Assembly: GCA_021613535.1 (NCBI GenBank)
Contig: CP075496.1
Location: 13,268,001-13,332,000, forward strand
DNA: 64,000 nt
Direction of reading: 5' to 3'
Source: Adineta vaga
Lineage: Eukaryota > Animalia > Rotifera
Made by a program: the position numbers and the translations under genes. Below, one piece after another: positions 22,689-35,123 of the stretch. Numbering within the stretch: the stretch's first letter is position 1; each line of letters begins with the position of its first letter. Below the pieces are notes generated by a model that made no database searches, was not told the origin of the DNA, and was given only the letters and a program-made list of their open reading frames with translations.

Positions 22689-23962
22689 ATGTTGGCAATT
22701 GTGGATGATATTCAAAGACTTCATGAGCATGAAGGAGATATGCAATTAGTTAAACAATATGAACGACGACAATTGAAATTAGGCAAACGATTAGCATATT
22801 TACTTCGATATGGAGCAGAAAAAGAAGGGTTGCGAGTTGATGAAGGTATTGTCTGAGTTTTTCATCTCCCGAAACTATCTATCCAAGTTTAATTTGAAAG
22901 GTTGGATTCTCTTGTCCGATCTTGCCAAAGTTCCATTGATGAAAGAATATACAGAAAACGAATTACTTGGTGAAGTTCAAACATCCTATTCGTATAGAAA
23001 AACACCGAGATATCAATGGGAAAGACGACCTGATGGAATTTATGTTCGAGCTGCTTATGGTCGAAAATTTGAAAGAGTAAATTTTTTTTTGTAAACTTTG
23101 TTTTGATGTTTGAATTGATTTCTAGAATCCTTTTCATGAACAAACTCAAATTCGTCGTTTATTAGATTTAACATTAGACTATGTTTGTCAAAATATTCAG
23201 AAATATGATTTAGAAGGTTTTCCAGATGAATTTCTAATCAAGTAATTTTCAATATGTTCTAAAAAAAATGTTTTATTTTTGTTTCTTAGTGAAATTATTC
23301 ATCGAATTAAACGGAATGGAAAATTAACAAGTAAAATCTTTCAAAATCTATTGTCACAAACGATCGAACATTTGGATCTTGATGGCATTTACCTTACAGG
23401 TTGGAAATGAAGTTGCGAGCAAACACAAGTTTTATTATTCGACTCTTTTAGAATCAGGTATTCGAGCTGTTTATACGAAATGTCCAAATTTAAGAGTATT
23501 ATCATTGAGAAGTTGTGGTTATGTTCTCAATGATCATTATTGTGAACAACTTATTCGAGTATGATACTTTTACAAAGAAAAACAAATTCTATTATCAATT
23601 CTTTCGTTTAGAAATGTCCATTAATCGAATCTCTTGATCTATCCTATTGTCGACATTTAACTGATCGAACATTGAATAATCTAATAAAATATTATTCGAA
23701 TAATCTTCTTCATCTTATACTTTCGGGAAATCATAATTATACTGGTGATGGAATCGTACGTCTTGTCTCAGAATGTCAACAATTAAAACAATTAGATATA
23801 TGGGATAATCCAAATTGTACCAATGATGTTCTTAACATCTTAATTGCATTAGGAAAATCCCGAGGTGACGATCGTGCCATAACTATTGTACATAAGAATC
23901 TTCAACATCCAGCTGTTGCTCCTGACAATCCATGGGCAGTTGTAAATGCTAAAACACTATAA
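22689..23962 (+). CDS. Tpt1/KptA RNA-lobe domain fused to a BC-box-like segment and AMN1/FBXL-type leucine-rich repeats
   Basis: Six-exon reconstruction: LGKRLAYLLRYGAEKEGLRVDEGWILLSDL..RKTPRYQ..IYVRAAYGR (Tpt1 N-lobe pattern), IRRLLDLTLDYVCQNI..FPDEFLINEI, then LRRs IEHLDLDG, LRVLSLRSC, IESLDLSYC, LLHLILSGN, LKQLDIWDN. Frame is continuous across all splice junctions. Confidence 0.8.
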
Positions 23963-24156
23963 AATCGAATACACCTAGATTTTATTTATATTCTATTTGT
24001 TAACAATGAAATATATATGAATACTGGAAAAAGAGAGCACCTGTTGTCCGCGAATGATTTGTCAAAGAAGAGAAAGAAAAAGAATTTCTCATTTTAATCT
24101 TGAACTGTTCGATAAGATCAACTTTCGAAATATCGATAATGTATGGAGACAAAATG

Positions 24157-24187
<31 letters not shown>

Positions 24188-24240
24188 GAAAGAATTTGAT
24201 TTTTGTTGTTGTTATTGCTATGAAAAAGTCAACATTATAG

Positions 24241-25194
24241 TTAAAGACGACATAAACAGAAAATAACAGGAATAACAGCAACTATTGCAATTAACAATGG
24301 AATCAATGAACTCGATTGATCTTCTGCATAAGGATCAACGACTTTTGGTCCACTAGTTTTTAAATTTCGTTGAACTTTCGTTGTTTTAGCTGGTGGTTCA
24401 TCATATTCATCACGAGCTGGTTCTTCAACTTGTTCTGGTTCAGGTATAGCTGGTAATTTTGGAATTTCTGAAAAAGAAATCTTGAAAACATCTATATCCA
24501 CACTATCTTTGATTACATACGATCAACAGATCCTTTCCATATGATCAATGCATTCACTTTTGGATTATCACGATGATCTAGTTTTTGAAAAGTGATTTTC
24601 AATATTCCTGAGTACGATGTACTACGAGATTTGACAACTAAACGACCATTTTTTATTTGAAATGGAATATATTCATCATGTGCAGTTGCTCGGCCAGCTT
24701 TGGAAAAAATATCAAATTCATCCAGAATATTATGTTCATCATTTAAAACAATTTGAAAAACCTAAAAATCAGTATGATAAAATCAAGTTCTTCTATTTCT
24801 TCAATTCAACAAACTTTCATATTTGGTCCATTAAACCAAACTTCTGCAAATTTCATCCAAAGAACATAATCACCATCATCAACAATATCAATTTCATATG
24901 AAAATTTTTGTAAATCATATCGTTCTGTTTGATAAAGTACCATATCATCTGTTGGAACACGACTTATACTCAAACTTCGTCCATAATCAGAAGCAATTCC
25001 ACTTTTAAGGTAATCTTTACGATATCTTATTCCTACATAAAAGATACATAAAATAAATCATTTTCAATAACATCTTTACCATTCACATCTGTATGTGCTT
25101 CACCACCGCAATTAACCGCAAAGATGACATTATCCATAATCCCCGCAGAATAACATTGATGGATTATGTAAATCAATACGTAAAAATACCGCAT
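24241..25194 (-). CDS. MLEC: Malectin
   Basis: Signal peptide, VIFAVNCGGEAHTDVNGIRY, SDYG, LYQTERY, KFAEVWF, AHDEYIPF, DNPKVNA, TSGPKVVDPYA and a C-terminal TM ending FCLCRL*. Confidence 0.95.
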
Positions 25195-25313
25195 AGTGTT
25201 TCGATTTTTGTTCGAAATTCAAACCACTTGAAACTTATATGATTTGATTTATAGACAAAAAGTAAACAATCAAATATATATATCAATGTTGCATGATATC
25301 AATGGTTTAGGAA

Positions 25314-25325
25314 ATAAACCAATAA
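25314..25325 (+). promoter_or_regulatory. CCAAT-box-like 12-mer in the malectin/PDE6D bidirectional promoter
   Basis: ATAAACCAATAA, identical to the copies at 1769 and 47590. Confidence 0.45.
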
Positions 25326-25556
25326 AATAGAGCTTGAGGTCGCTGTGAAGAGAAAATAAATCTCTTTCGTCTAGTGACATGGTTAAAACATAAACATCAT
25401 CTGAAAGAAAAAAAGGAAGAAGAAAAATTTGACGAAAGGATGAAAATTACTTCCTTGATATTCTTGGAAAAAAAGAAAGAATTCCTTCATATTATATATT
25501 TACTAAACAAAAAATAGTCGTGTAAGATAGACGATATTGTATTAAGTAAAACTTAG

Positions 25557-26170
<614 letters not shown>

Positions 26171-26870
26171 CTCTTTTCTACATTTGAATTATCAAATCAA
26201 ATTTCCGTCTATTGATTTCTTCTTCTGAATTTTATCATTATTTTACTTTCGCTATGCGGATCTGTTTCATTTCAAACAAGTTTATTGTATTATACGTTTA
26301 ATCAAGAAATAATTGCTTCAATGCTCTACTTGTTGTAATTCTATCAAAGAGATGTTCTGTTAGTTGTGAAGTAAACGGTTAAAGATTTAAATGAAAACAA
26401 CACAACTTTTTCTATTCAATGAAACTAAACAATCTTTAAGATTTTTCAAGTAAAAAGATTATTTTACAAAAGTTTGAATAGAAAAAGATAATAAAATTTC
26501 GTTCTATTTCTACTGATAAGATGTGTTTTTGAAAACAATATTCGTCAATAGGAAATAACAATTGTATGAGTCATTCCACATATGAACTTTTTATCTATTT
26601 CAATACATAACAGAAGCAAACTTTTCATTGTTCTGACAAAATTATCCATGTCATACGTATCTATCAATCTGTTATGGTTGCATTATATTTACACAGCTCA
26701 TGAATGCATGATCAAACGAAATATTCTTATCTTTCGTATGAAAATATATATATCACCTATAGATAGATAGATAGATAGATAAATGTAAAAGGAATCAAGA
26801 AAAGCAGACCAAATGATAAACAGGTGAGCATTCGAAAAATAAGAAACACTCAATTGTCTAACAAAACATC

Positions 26871-28174
26871 ATGAAGGATTACATCGCAGGATTATTTGCT
26901 GGTAAGATTTATTTTCGAATAAAGACAACTCATCATACTGTTTTTAGGTGTTGTTAGTACATTAATTTCACATCCAATTGATACAGTTAAAGTAACTATG
27001 CAATATCATTCAACACATAGTATTACTAGAGCAATCAAATCAATTATTCAATTAAATTCTGTATGATAAATTATATGTTTTGAAAGAATTTCTTTTATTT
27101 TATAATAAGATATAGATAAGAGGTTTTTATCGTGGTGCTTCACCAAATTTGTTAACACAATGTGCATCTCAAACATCATTCTATGGTTCATATGCTAGTT
27201 GCCTTCGTCTATTAGGTTGTGATCGAGATAATCGTGCTTCAATTTCATTATCAGATAATTTTCTTGCTGGTTGTTTCGGTGGATTTGTTCAATCATTTCC
27301 ATCGAGTATATTAGAATTATTTAAAATTCGTTTACAAACAACAAGTAAAAGTGTTTCTCTAGAACAAAGATTAACGTTCATTGATTGATTTATCTTTAGA
27401 TCATCAACAAGAAGCAAATTTTTATCAAGTATTTCGTCATTTATATCAAACGGAAGGTTTTCGAGGTTTTTCTCGTGGTTTACATGCGACTATATGGCGT
27501 GATTCACCTACATATGGTAATTATTAAGAATCACTTGTCTAGTTTTCATTTCGAATATGAATCAGAAGATAGAATGAAATATTTTCCTTGGTTTTTTTTC
27601 AAAACACCTTATCCAGGATAGAAAAGACAATCAAGGAGTACAAAATCATACGATTCGGATATGTAGACATCATTGAACGAGAACAACTAACATACTTCCT
27701 ATGAAAACAAATTTCCTGCTTTAATCGAACTCAGCTGATAGAAAAATATTTATATTGTATTGCGAAATACATTTCCTGGAAAGAAAAATTTCTTATATTC
27801 CCGATTCTCATAAGAAGAAATTGAACTTTTCAATCTGAAGATTATTTCTTCTAGGTATTTATATGATGATTTATGATCCATTGAAAGATTATTTACATCA
27901 TTTAACGACGAGCGAATTTCTTGGTGGATTTATTTCTGGTGGTACGGTTGGTGTTATTAGTTGGACATTAGCTTGTCCAGTTGATATATGTAAAAGTAAA
28001 CAACAAGCAGGACACACAAATAAAAGTTTAGGTCAATGTATGGTGGAAATTTATCGTGTGGAAAAAAGTATACACGTTTTCTTTTGTGGATGGACAGTGA
28101 TAGCTACACGTGCATTTTTATTGAATGCTATTTCACTTTTTGTTTGGGATCGTAGTCGACGTTGGTTTGATTAG
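26871..28174 (+). CDS. Mitochondrial carrier, SLC25A45/48/29-like (amino-acid or acylcarnitine class)
   Basis: MKDYIAGLFAG, HPIDTVK, GFYRG, ELFKIRLQ, RDSPTYG, CPVDICKSKQQ, TRAFLLNA: three carrier repeats with R-D at contact point II. Confidence 0.88.
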
Positions 28175-28278
28175 AAGAAGACGAAGTGAAAGAAAGATTA
28201 TTTATTCAGAATTTTGTCATTGTTTTCTCGCACTTTAATTTATAAAAAGAAATTGAATATAATATTCGTTTTAACTAA

Positions 28279-29334
28279 TTACATTTGACTTGATCTAATT
28301 ATTGGCAATGCAGTTGATGTACTAATTGTTGATGCCTTCGCTTTTCGACTATTCCTATGATGATGATGGTGGTGGTGGTGATGATGATGATGAGGTTTTT
28401 GTTTCGTCCAAATTTCTGGAAACGCATATATACTTAAAAATGATGAAAAACAACAAGGAACATATGTAAATGCATCGGAGATTTGTACACACCAAGGTGA
28501 ATTAATCAATGGCCAAAATCTATATAGAGAATTTAAATTTGTTAAAACATATGGAACAAGACCGATGAGATAAATCAATGAAAATAATAAAATTTGTCTT
28601 GTTAAACGTTTACAACGACGCCAACGTTTAGCTGGTAAACGAAGAATTGTTAAACGTAAACGAATAATTCTTATAACTAAGAAACATGTGACGAGAATTG
28701 TTAAAAATAATGGTAAAATTAAACTGAATATTGTATCGATTAAAAAGATAAATTCTTCATTTTCGAAACAAGGACGACATTCAAATGTTGTCGTCATTGA
28801 TATTTGTTGATAGGAGCATGTCGATGCAAGAACTGAATACCAAAGAATTGGTAAACATAGAGCAAGAAAAGTTGGAATTAATTTAAATTTTAATGTTGAT
28901 TGAAGTTTTTTTAAACTTATTGGTCCAAAGATAAGTATATGACGTTGAATGGATGCCCAACAAACAAGAAGTCCAAGACAAACAATCGATGCATAATCAA
29001 ATATTAACCAAATTTTACATATGAATGATGAGAAGGGAAAATAGAGATCAAAATATAATTCCGAAAGAAAAAATGGTACACATGTACAATTTGTAAATAA
29101 ACAAACATAAAGAATCATACGAAATGTAAAAACACTTAATTTCTTATTGGAATTTAATCGATATAATGAAAATAGATTAATAAATACACTTGGAATACTT
29201 ACACAAATAATAACGATAAAAAGTATTCGATTAATGAAAACATTTGATATGGGATAAATTGTTTCTAAAGTTTCATTCAATGAATTATTCATCTTTTCAG
29301 TTAAATCGATTGAATATGTCTGTTTTGTAATCAT
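28279..29334 (-). CDS. Single-exon rhodopsin-class orphan GPCR with a C-terminal His12 tract
   Basis: Seven hydrophobic segments, TM3 CKIWLIFDY..ASIQRHILIF, TM6 GLVPY, ECL2 cysteines; (CAT)4(CAC)4(CAT)4 in the tail. Confidence 0.85.
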   Translation of the reverse strand: MITKQTYSIDLTEKMNNSLNETLETIYPISNVFINRILFIVIICVSIPSVFINLFSLYRLNSNKKLSVFTFRMILYVCLFTNCTCVPFFLSELYFDLYFPFSSFICKIWLIFDYASIVCLGLLVCWASIQRHILIFGPISLKKLQSTLKFKLIPTFLALCLPILWYSVLASTCSYQQISMTTTFECRPCFENEEFIFLIDTIFSLILPLFLTILVTCFLVIRIIRLRLTILRLPAKRWRRCKRLTRQILLFSLIYLIGLVPYVLTNLNSLYRFWPLINSPWCVQISDAFTYVPCCFSSFLSIYAFPEIWTKQKPHHHHHHHHHHHHRNSRKAKASTISTSTALPIIRSSQM

Positions 29335-31065
29335 CAATTATATTTCTCATTTTCTTTCTCTCTCGGTTGGATAGATTTCTCTATAGAGTAAAAGAACTAT
29401 TTCGATAGAAATATAGGCAAACATTTTCCTTCCCGACTCGAATGTCATTTCTCTCGCGTTTATATTGTCAATAGGAAAACAAACTCATACAACGAGAGAT
29501 CAAACGAAGCAAAAAAAAGAAAAGAAAAATATTGAAATGATATGGAATAGAATCATTTCAATATTTGTTTTAAAGTACAATTTCTCTAATCAAGCTGAAT
29601 ATACGATAATACTTATTAACTTCAGTATGCTTGATTGTTTTGAAATAAACGTCAATTAGAAGAGAAAAGATTTACTTTTAAAATATGATCTTTATGTTTA
29701 AGTTTAATCTGCACATGAACAATAATATCTGTTTGGAAAATTACAAAAAAATCGATCAGTAGTGGATGATTGTATAATGTAGACAACTTCTTTCGTAATT
29801 CTTCTAAAAACGTGCTGGTAAATGCTTTTCTGAAATTATCTTTTTTTTTCACCTTTTAAGTACATTCTTAAACAAACTAACATCTAGTTTTTCCTCATTT
29901 TAATGATTCTTTTTATAAGACAATCATTTTCTAGGCTATACAGACAGGTTTAAAGAACTTTTATTCAATATGAAATATTTGATTAAACACGGCTATTGTT
30001 TTCTTCATATCTCGAGTATCACTTTTTTGAAATTTTGATCAATGTTAAGATTGATGATCGATTAATCATATTGATCGAAATACGTTTTATCTTTAATCTA
30101 TCTCTGTATGAGTATTTGAGATCTTATCTTTTATCGATCACAATATTGATCAATAAATAAAAAATGTTGATTAAACTGAATGAATAATCAAACAAATTCT
30201 TCTACTGTATTATGGTATTTTTCTCTCTTTCATTAGCAAAGCAAGAAACGAGGAGTTTTACTGCCTTGACTAAGCTTTACGAAGCATTTTTTTTATCTTG
30301 ATTGTCGCTTTCTTAGACAAATTATTACTTCCTTCGGTGATATTCGAGATCCACCTCTGCGATAAGATGGATAATCCTTGATTATAATATTCGCAAATCA
30401 AGTTTATTTTTTTTACATTGTAGAAATAAACTCGTAGTATGAACTTCGTTCTCAATCTGAAAAAGAACTTCAGTCTCGTTCTTTTTTTCCTAAGCTGATT
30501 AAGAAAAAACAAAATTACATTCTCTTAAGTAGGTTAATGAAATGCAAAGTACCTATCACAAATGGATAGCTTAGAGCATCCGTATGAAGTCGATGTAAAA
30601 GATAGGACTATAGTCAATAAAAAAATTTGCTTATTTTACACGGCATAAAATTGCTTTTTTCAATTTTATATTTGATGTATCGTGTTCAATGTGAAAATGT
30701 GCATTAACCTTGTCGTTTTGCTCTATGTCTATTCTAAACGATCTATACATATAGACATATATCTAAGAGAGAGATACGATCGTTGATGTCACTGATTCTC
30801 ACTTATAGTGATCGATGACAAACGAGATTTTTTTCTCTTTCAACGATTTTTGAAATAAGTGTAACCAACCGTGACCAACTAGGATTGATGAGAATTGATT
30901 GGCTAGACATGTGGAGAAAAAAGAATTCTTGTTATTGTCTTTTTTGGCTTATATTTTGTAATGAAAGATTTTAATTGTTGAATTTTATTTCAAACTTCGT
31001 TGTTGAAATAACAATCGATTAGATCAAAGAAAGAGAATAGGAAAAAAGAAACATAAAGTTCAGGA

Positions 31066-33208
31066 ATGGTTTCACGTTTTTTGGATTTAGAACGTAAAAC
31101 ATTACTTGTACAATTTGTTGCTGTTGAACCATTGAAATTCTATTCGACATCAGATGGAACTGATCTTGTTCAAGATCTTCTTCGTTCACAATTAACTCGA
31201 TCTGATACGGATATATTTGGACAAGACGGCGCTTTATCTATCGATGACCAAGGAGAATTTCTTACATTTGAACCAACTGATACAAAAAATCGAACATTAC
31301 ATTTACCAATTGAACATTTAGCTTATTGTGGTGCTTTAAGACGAATGGTTCGAGATGATTCTGATCATCGTAATCCAGATCAAATTCAACGACGAGAATT
31401 TGAAAATGTCGATTTAGCTAATCGCTTTGCTCAATATATTGTTGGTCCACCAATATTTGTTGCTGTTTTTCATGGTTTTGATCATGCATTATGTTATATA
31501 TTTCTTACACAAAGTGCAGATGATTCATGCCTCTTAGTGATGAAATTAATGCGTGCGTTTAAATTACACGAACAACAACTGGAACAACAAGGACAGATCA
31601 ATCAAGGTTCTCCTTCATTTCCTTTGCTTCACGGTAGTGGTAGGTCGTCATCATCGATCGACAATCAACGAAATAGTCCTGTAGTTCAAATAACACAACC
31701 ATTTACTTCTGATAATAGACAAATATCCTCACCTTCAAATACAAATTCATATATTCAAGATCCGAATCAAGACGAATTAGTTCGACGACTTCTAGCTAAT
31801 CCGAATTTACAACTTGTTAGTCCACCATTTGCTTCTTTACGTCTGAATGATATGCCAATGACATCATCAATGGTAAGTTAACAAAAATAACTTAATTTAT
31901 TCTTCTTTTTAATTTTGATTGGCAATTTTTAGAATCACCAATCATCTCCTATAACAGTTAATAGAAGTGCCAGTTATTCCAACGATATGCCACTGATGGA
32001 TCGATCATCACCTCAATTTATGCGGCCACCTTCACCACCTATTCTCGGTCTTTCAGGAGCGAATAGTGCTCATGATTTATCTAGTGGTTTGAATAATCCA
32101 CAAGTGATCTATAAACCAAATAATCAAGAAGTCGTTTACAAACAAAACATTATGGTACGTTGGTTACAACCACCAACTCCTCCTCCACCAGCACCGATTA
32201 TTATTCGCGGTAAATTTGTTTTCTCTATCTACTCATTTTCTTTTTTAATAAAATTGATCTAATTATATTAACAGAAGTTCAAGCACCAGTTGATCATCAA
32301 CCACCGATTGTCTGTCGACAAGTACCTCCATGTCCACCTACACCACCACCAATTATTGTTCGGTAAGTTTACAGAATATATTTCAATAAATTCCTACGAT
32401 ATTTTCTCTTCGTGTATTTTTAGAGAAAAACCACCACTATGTCCACCTTGTGGTCAACCTTTAATTATAGAAAAACGTATACCATCTGTCACACTTCCTC
32501 GACAAGGTATAAATATCTTTTCTGAAAAACCTTAATTTTCAAATATAAATGTTATTTTAGTTATCGTTGAACGTTATCCTGCGCCACCTGCTAAACCACC
32601 AACTATAATCTATGAGAAGTATCTACCACATGTTGCACCACCACCTCGGCAAGTCATTGTACGACGTGAAGTTTGTCGACCTGCAGGATATCCAATCGTA
32701 CGACAACAAGTACCAGGTCGTCAGTTAGTCCGAGAAATTGTTCGCCAAATTCCCCAACAACAATGCATTGCTCAACCGACTTTCGTCTGTGTTCCTCAAC
32801 AACAGCAACAACAGCAACAACAAGCTGTCCAACAATTAGTACCCGTTTTTGCTACAAGACAAGTAAGATTCATTCTTTGCGGATGGAAAAAGATAAATCC
32901 GTTCTTTTCTCCTTTTCAATGTCATTCTAATCTAAAAACGGAAAGTAAATGATTAATAAGGAAAATCACTTCTATATTTCCGTCATAGAGAACCGTCTAA
33001 TTATGTCAAAACTAATTATATTTCGATAACTTAATACGTTTCTTTCATGTCAATTTATTTTTTCTAGCATGTTGTTCAACCCAAAGGTGTTCGTGTCATT
33101 CGACAAGTTATTGGTCCAGCACAAGGATCTATGCAACAATCTCAACCGATTTATTCTCAAAATAATCAAGCTATAATTCAAACAGTACCGACTGGATACA
33201 TGCAATAA
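31066..33208 (+). CDS. PTB-like domain protein with a C-terminal Pro/Val/Ile-rich repeat module
   Basis: N-terminal ~170 aa fit a PTB-fold pattern (LAYCGAL..PPIFVAVF..LCYIFL..LLVMKLMRAFK). Spliced C-terminus YKQNIMVRWLQPPTPPPPAPIIIRE..PPTPPPIIVREKPP..RQVIVERYPAPPAKPPTIIYEKYLP, then a Q-rich tail. Confidence 0.7.
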
Positions 33209-35123
33209 TATGTTCATTGATAATAAGTGCAGGATTTTTCTTTTATTGTAGAAATTAGATACGTTTCCTTTTGTTTCTTAACATATATGTTAATATATAA
33301 GTCTTTTTCTTCTTCTCATTCATTGTATTATTTCCAAGAATGAAACAAAAAAGAATCCTTTGATAAACTTTGAAAAGTGTCCTTTATTTTTATGAGATTT
33401 TATGAAGCATGATTATTGACACTAATACGATGATGTAGAAAAAGAGAAAACATGAAACAAAAATAAGTACAAGAAATAGAGCGATAAAAGGAAACACAAG
33501 CGAATATACAACAGGACGAATAATGATTCATTTTTTTTTATCATCGGTCCGATTTTGTTTTCACTAAGTCACGAATTTGAGACGTATTTATCTCGTTCAA
33601 TGAGAAACCGTTTGTTAACTTCTTTCTTTAGTCATACTTTTCTAAATCAACTTCTTTTGAGAAGCATAAAGCGAACTGCCAGATGTGTTAGAAGAAAAGA
33701 TTCAATCTATTTTCTCCATTAATTTTTCTAATATTCTTCTTCGATTCTTGTCATGCATAGCACTTTGTCAAATGTTAATTATCTGAAAAAAACTAACACC
33801 TCCAAAACGGAAACAGAGGTTGATTGAATAAAAAAAGAAAGAAAACACATGCCTATGATCAAATCAATGAGAACGACATGAAAATTACTTCTATATAATT
33901 AACCGTATAAAATTCTCGATCAATGTTATTATTCTGTTTTTTTATTTTCATCTCATCAATAAATAAGAAAATATGTATCGAAGAAATAATCTTGTTCGTT
34001 GTTCATAAATAACTGATAAATTAAAAAGATAAGAATTAATCGGAATTCAAGTTCGAATGAAAAACAAACCTTTGTTTGTCCTTGTCCTATTCTGTAGATG
34101 ACCTTTGACAATGCACTAAGAAATACATGATATTATTTTTCCACATTTTTTGATTTCATAGAATTCAAACGTGTATAAGTGAACTACTTTATCGAGTTCA
34201 TGAGTAGAAAGTAATATGTAATTAATAACGTCATGACGTTGATGACATATTCTGAATAAAAGAATATCATTTGATTGTAGTTGAGCATTAAGCAGGAGAG
34301 TGAGAAAGAAGAAAAAGAGTAGAAAGTTATAGTTACATAAATTAGTATTCATTTTACTCATAAATTACTATATATATTTTGACGTTGCCACCTCCATAGA
34401 TTAATTAATAAGCCTGGAAAACGCGTTCCTGACCTTTTTCCTTTCAAAAGCTTCATATTTTTCTTTCTGCTTCTATTTATATCACCAAAGATATATAACG
34501 TAAAACTCGAAATATGACAATTTCTATTTTTTTAGCTTTTTTTTTATTTATATCATGTTATTATTTATCCGAAGCAGATTTTCTCTTATCAACCTAGAGT
34601 ACTGTAGATAAAACCTTAGATTTTTACTCAAACATATCCGAATAAAATGTTCTCATCCTTTTTGTTTCTCATTAGCACCTACGAGGATGTGTGAGTATTC
34701 CTTCTGTTCATTCATTTCACAAGTGTATATTCAATAATTCAGAAGAAAGCATGACAATAATTTGATAAGTATATTAACGAATAACGACAAACATCTAAAT
34801 CATATTTTTTTCCTTCTCGCTTTTTTTTTCTAAGTGCAGATCTGACAAAAAACAGATAGTTCTCTTTCTTTTTCTTTCTTAAAAAGCAGCATCAAAGAAC
34901 TGACAGACAGACAGACAGAATCTACTCAAACATGCTCTTATCCGAATATACATTTGAAGAAAAATTATTCAAGCACAAACATTTAACCACCTAAGTATAC
35001 TTATTTCTTCATCAACGTAGCATAATTACATTTAATTTCGTGTTATTGACGATGTTTTAACCTATTTTAGATAGATTTAAACGACAGTTTCTTTTAAACG
35101 TATAATCTTCGTAAAACATAAAC

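Noticed and set aside
26760-26780. Microsatellites: (GATA)n here, (AAAG)n near 24155, (GAATA)n near 39844, (TC)n near 52846
   Set aside because: Ordinary short simple repeats with no higher-order structure.
27286-27340. SLC25 second signature motif lacks the canonical Pro (SILELFK)
   Set aside because: Single deviations in carrier signatures are common; the charged residues and contact points are intact.
30250-30620. Slightly GC-richer intergenic patch, possible TE or gene relic
   Set aside because: No terminal repeats, target duplication or recognisable translation.
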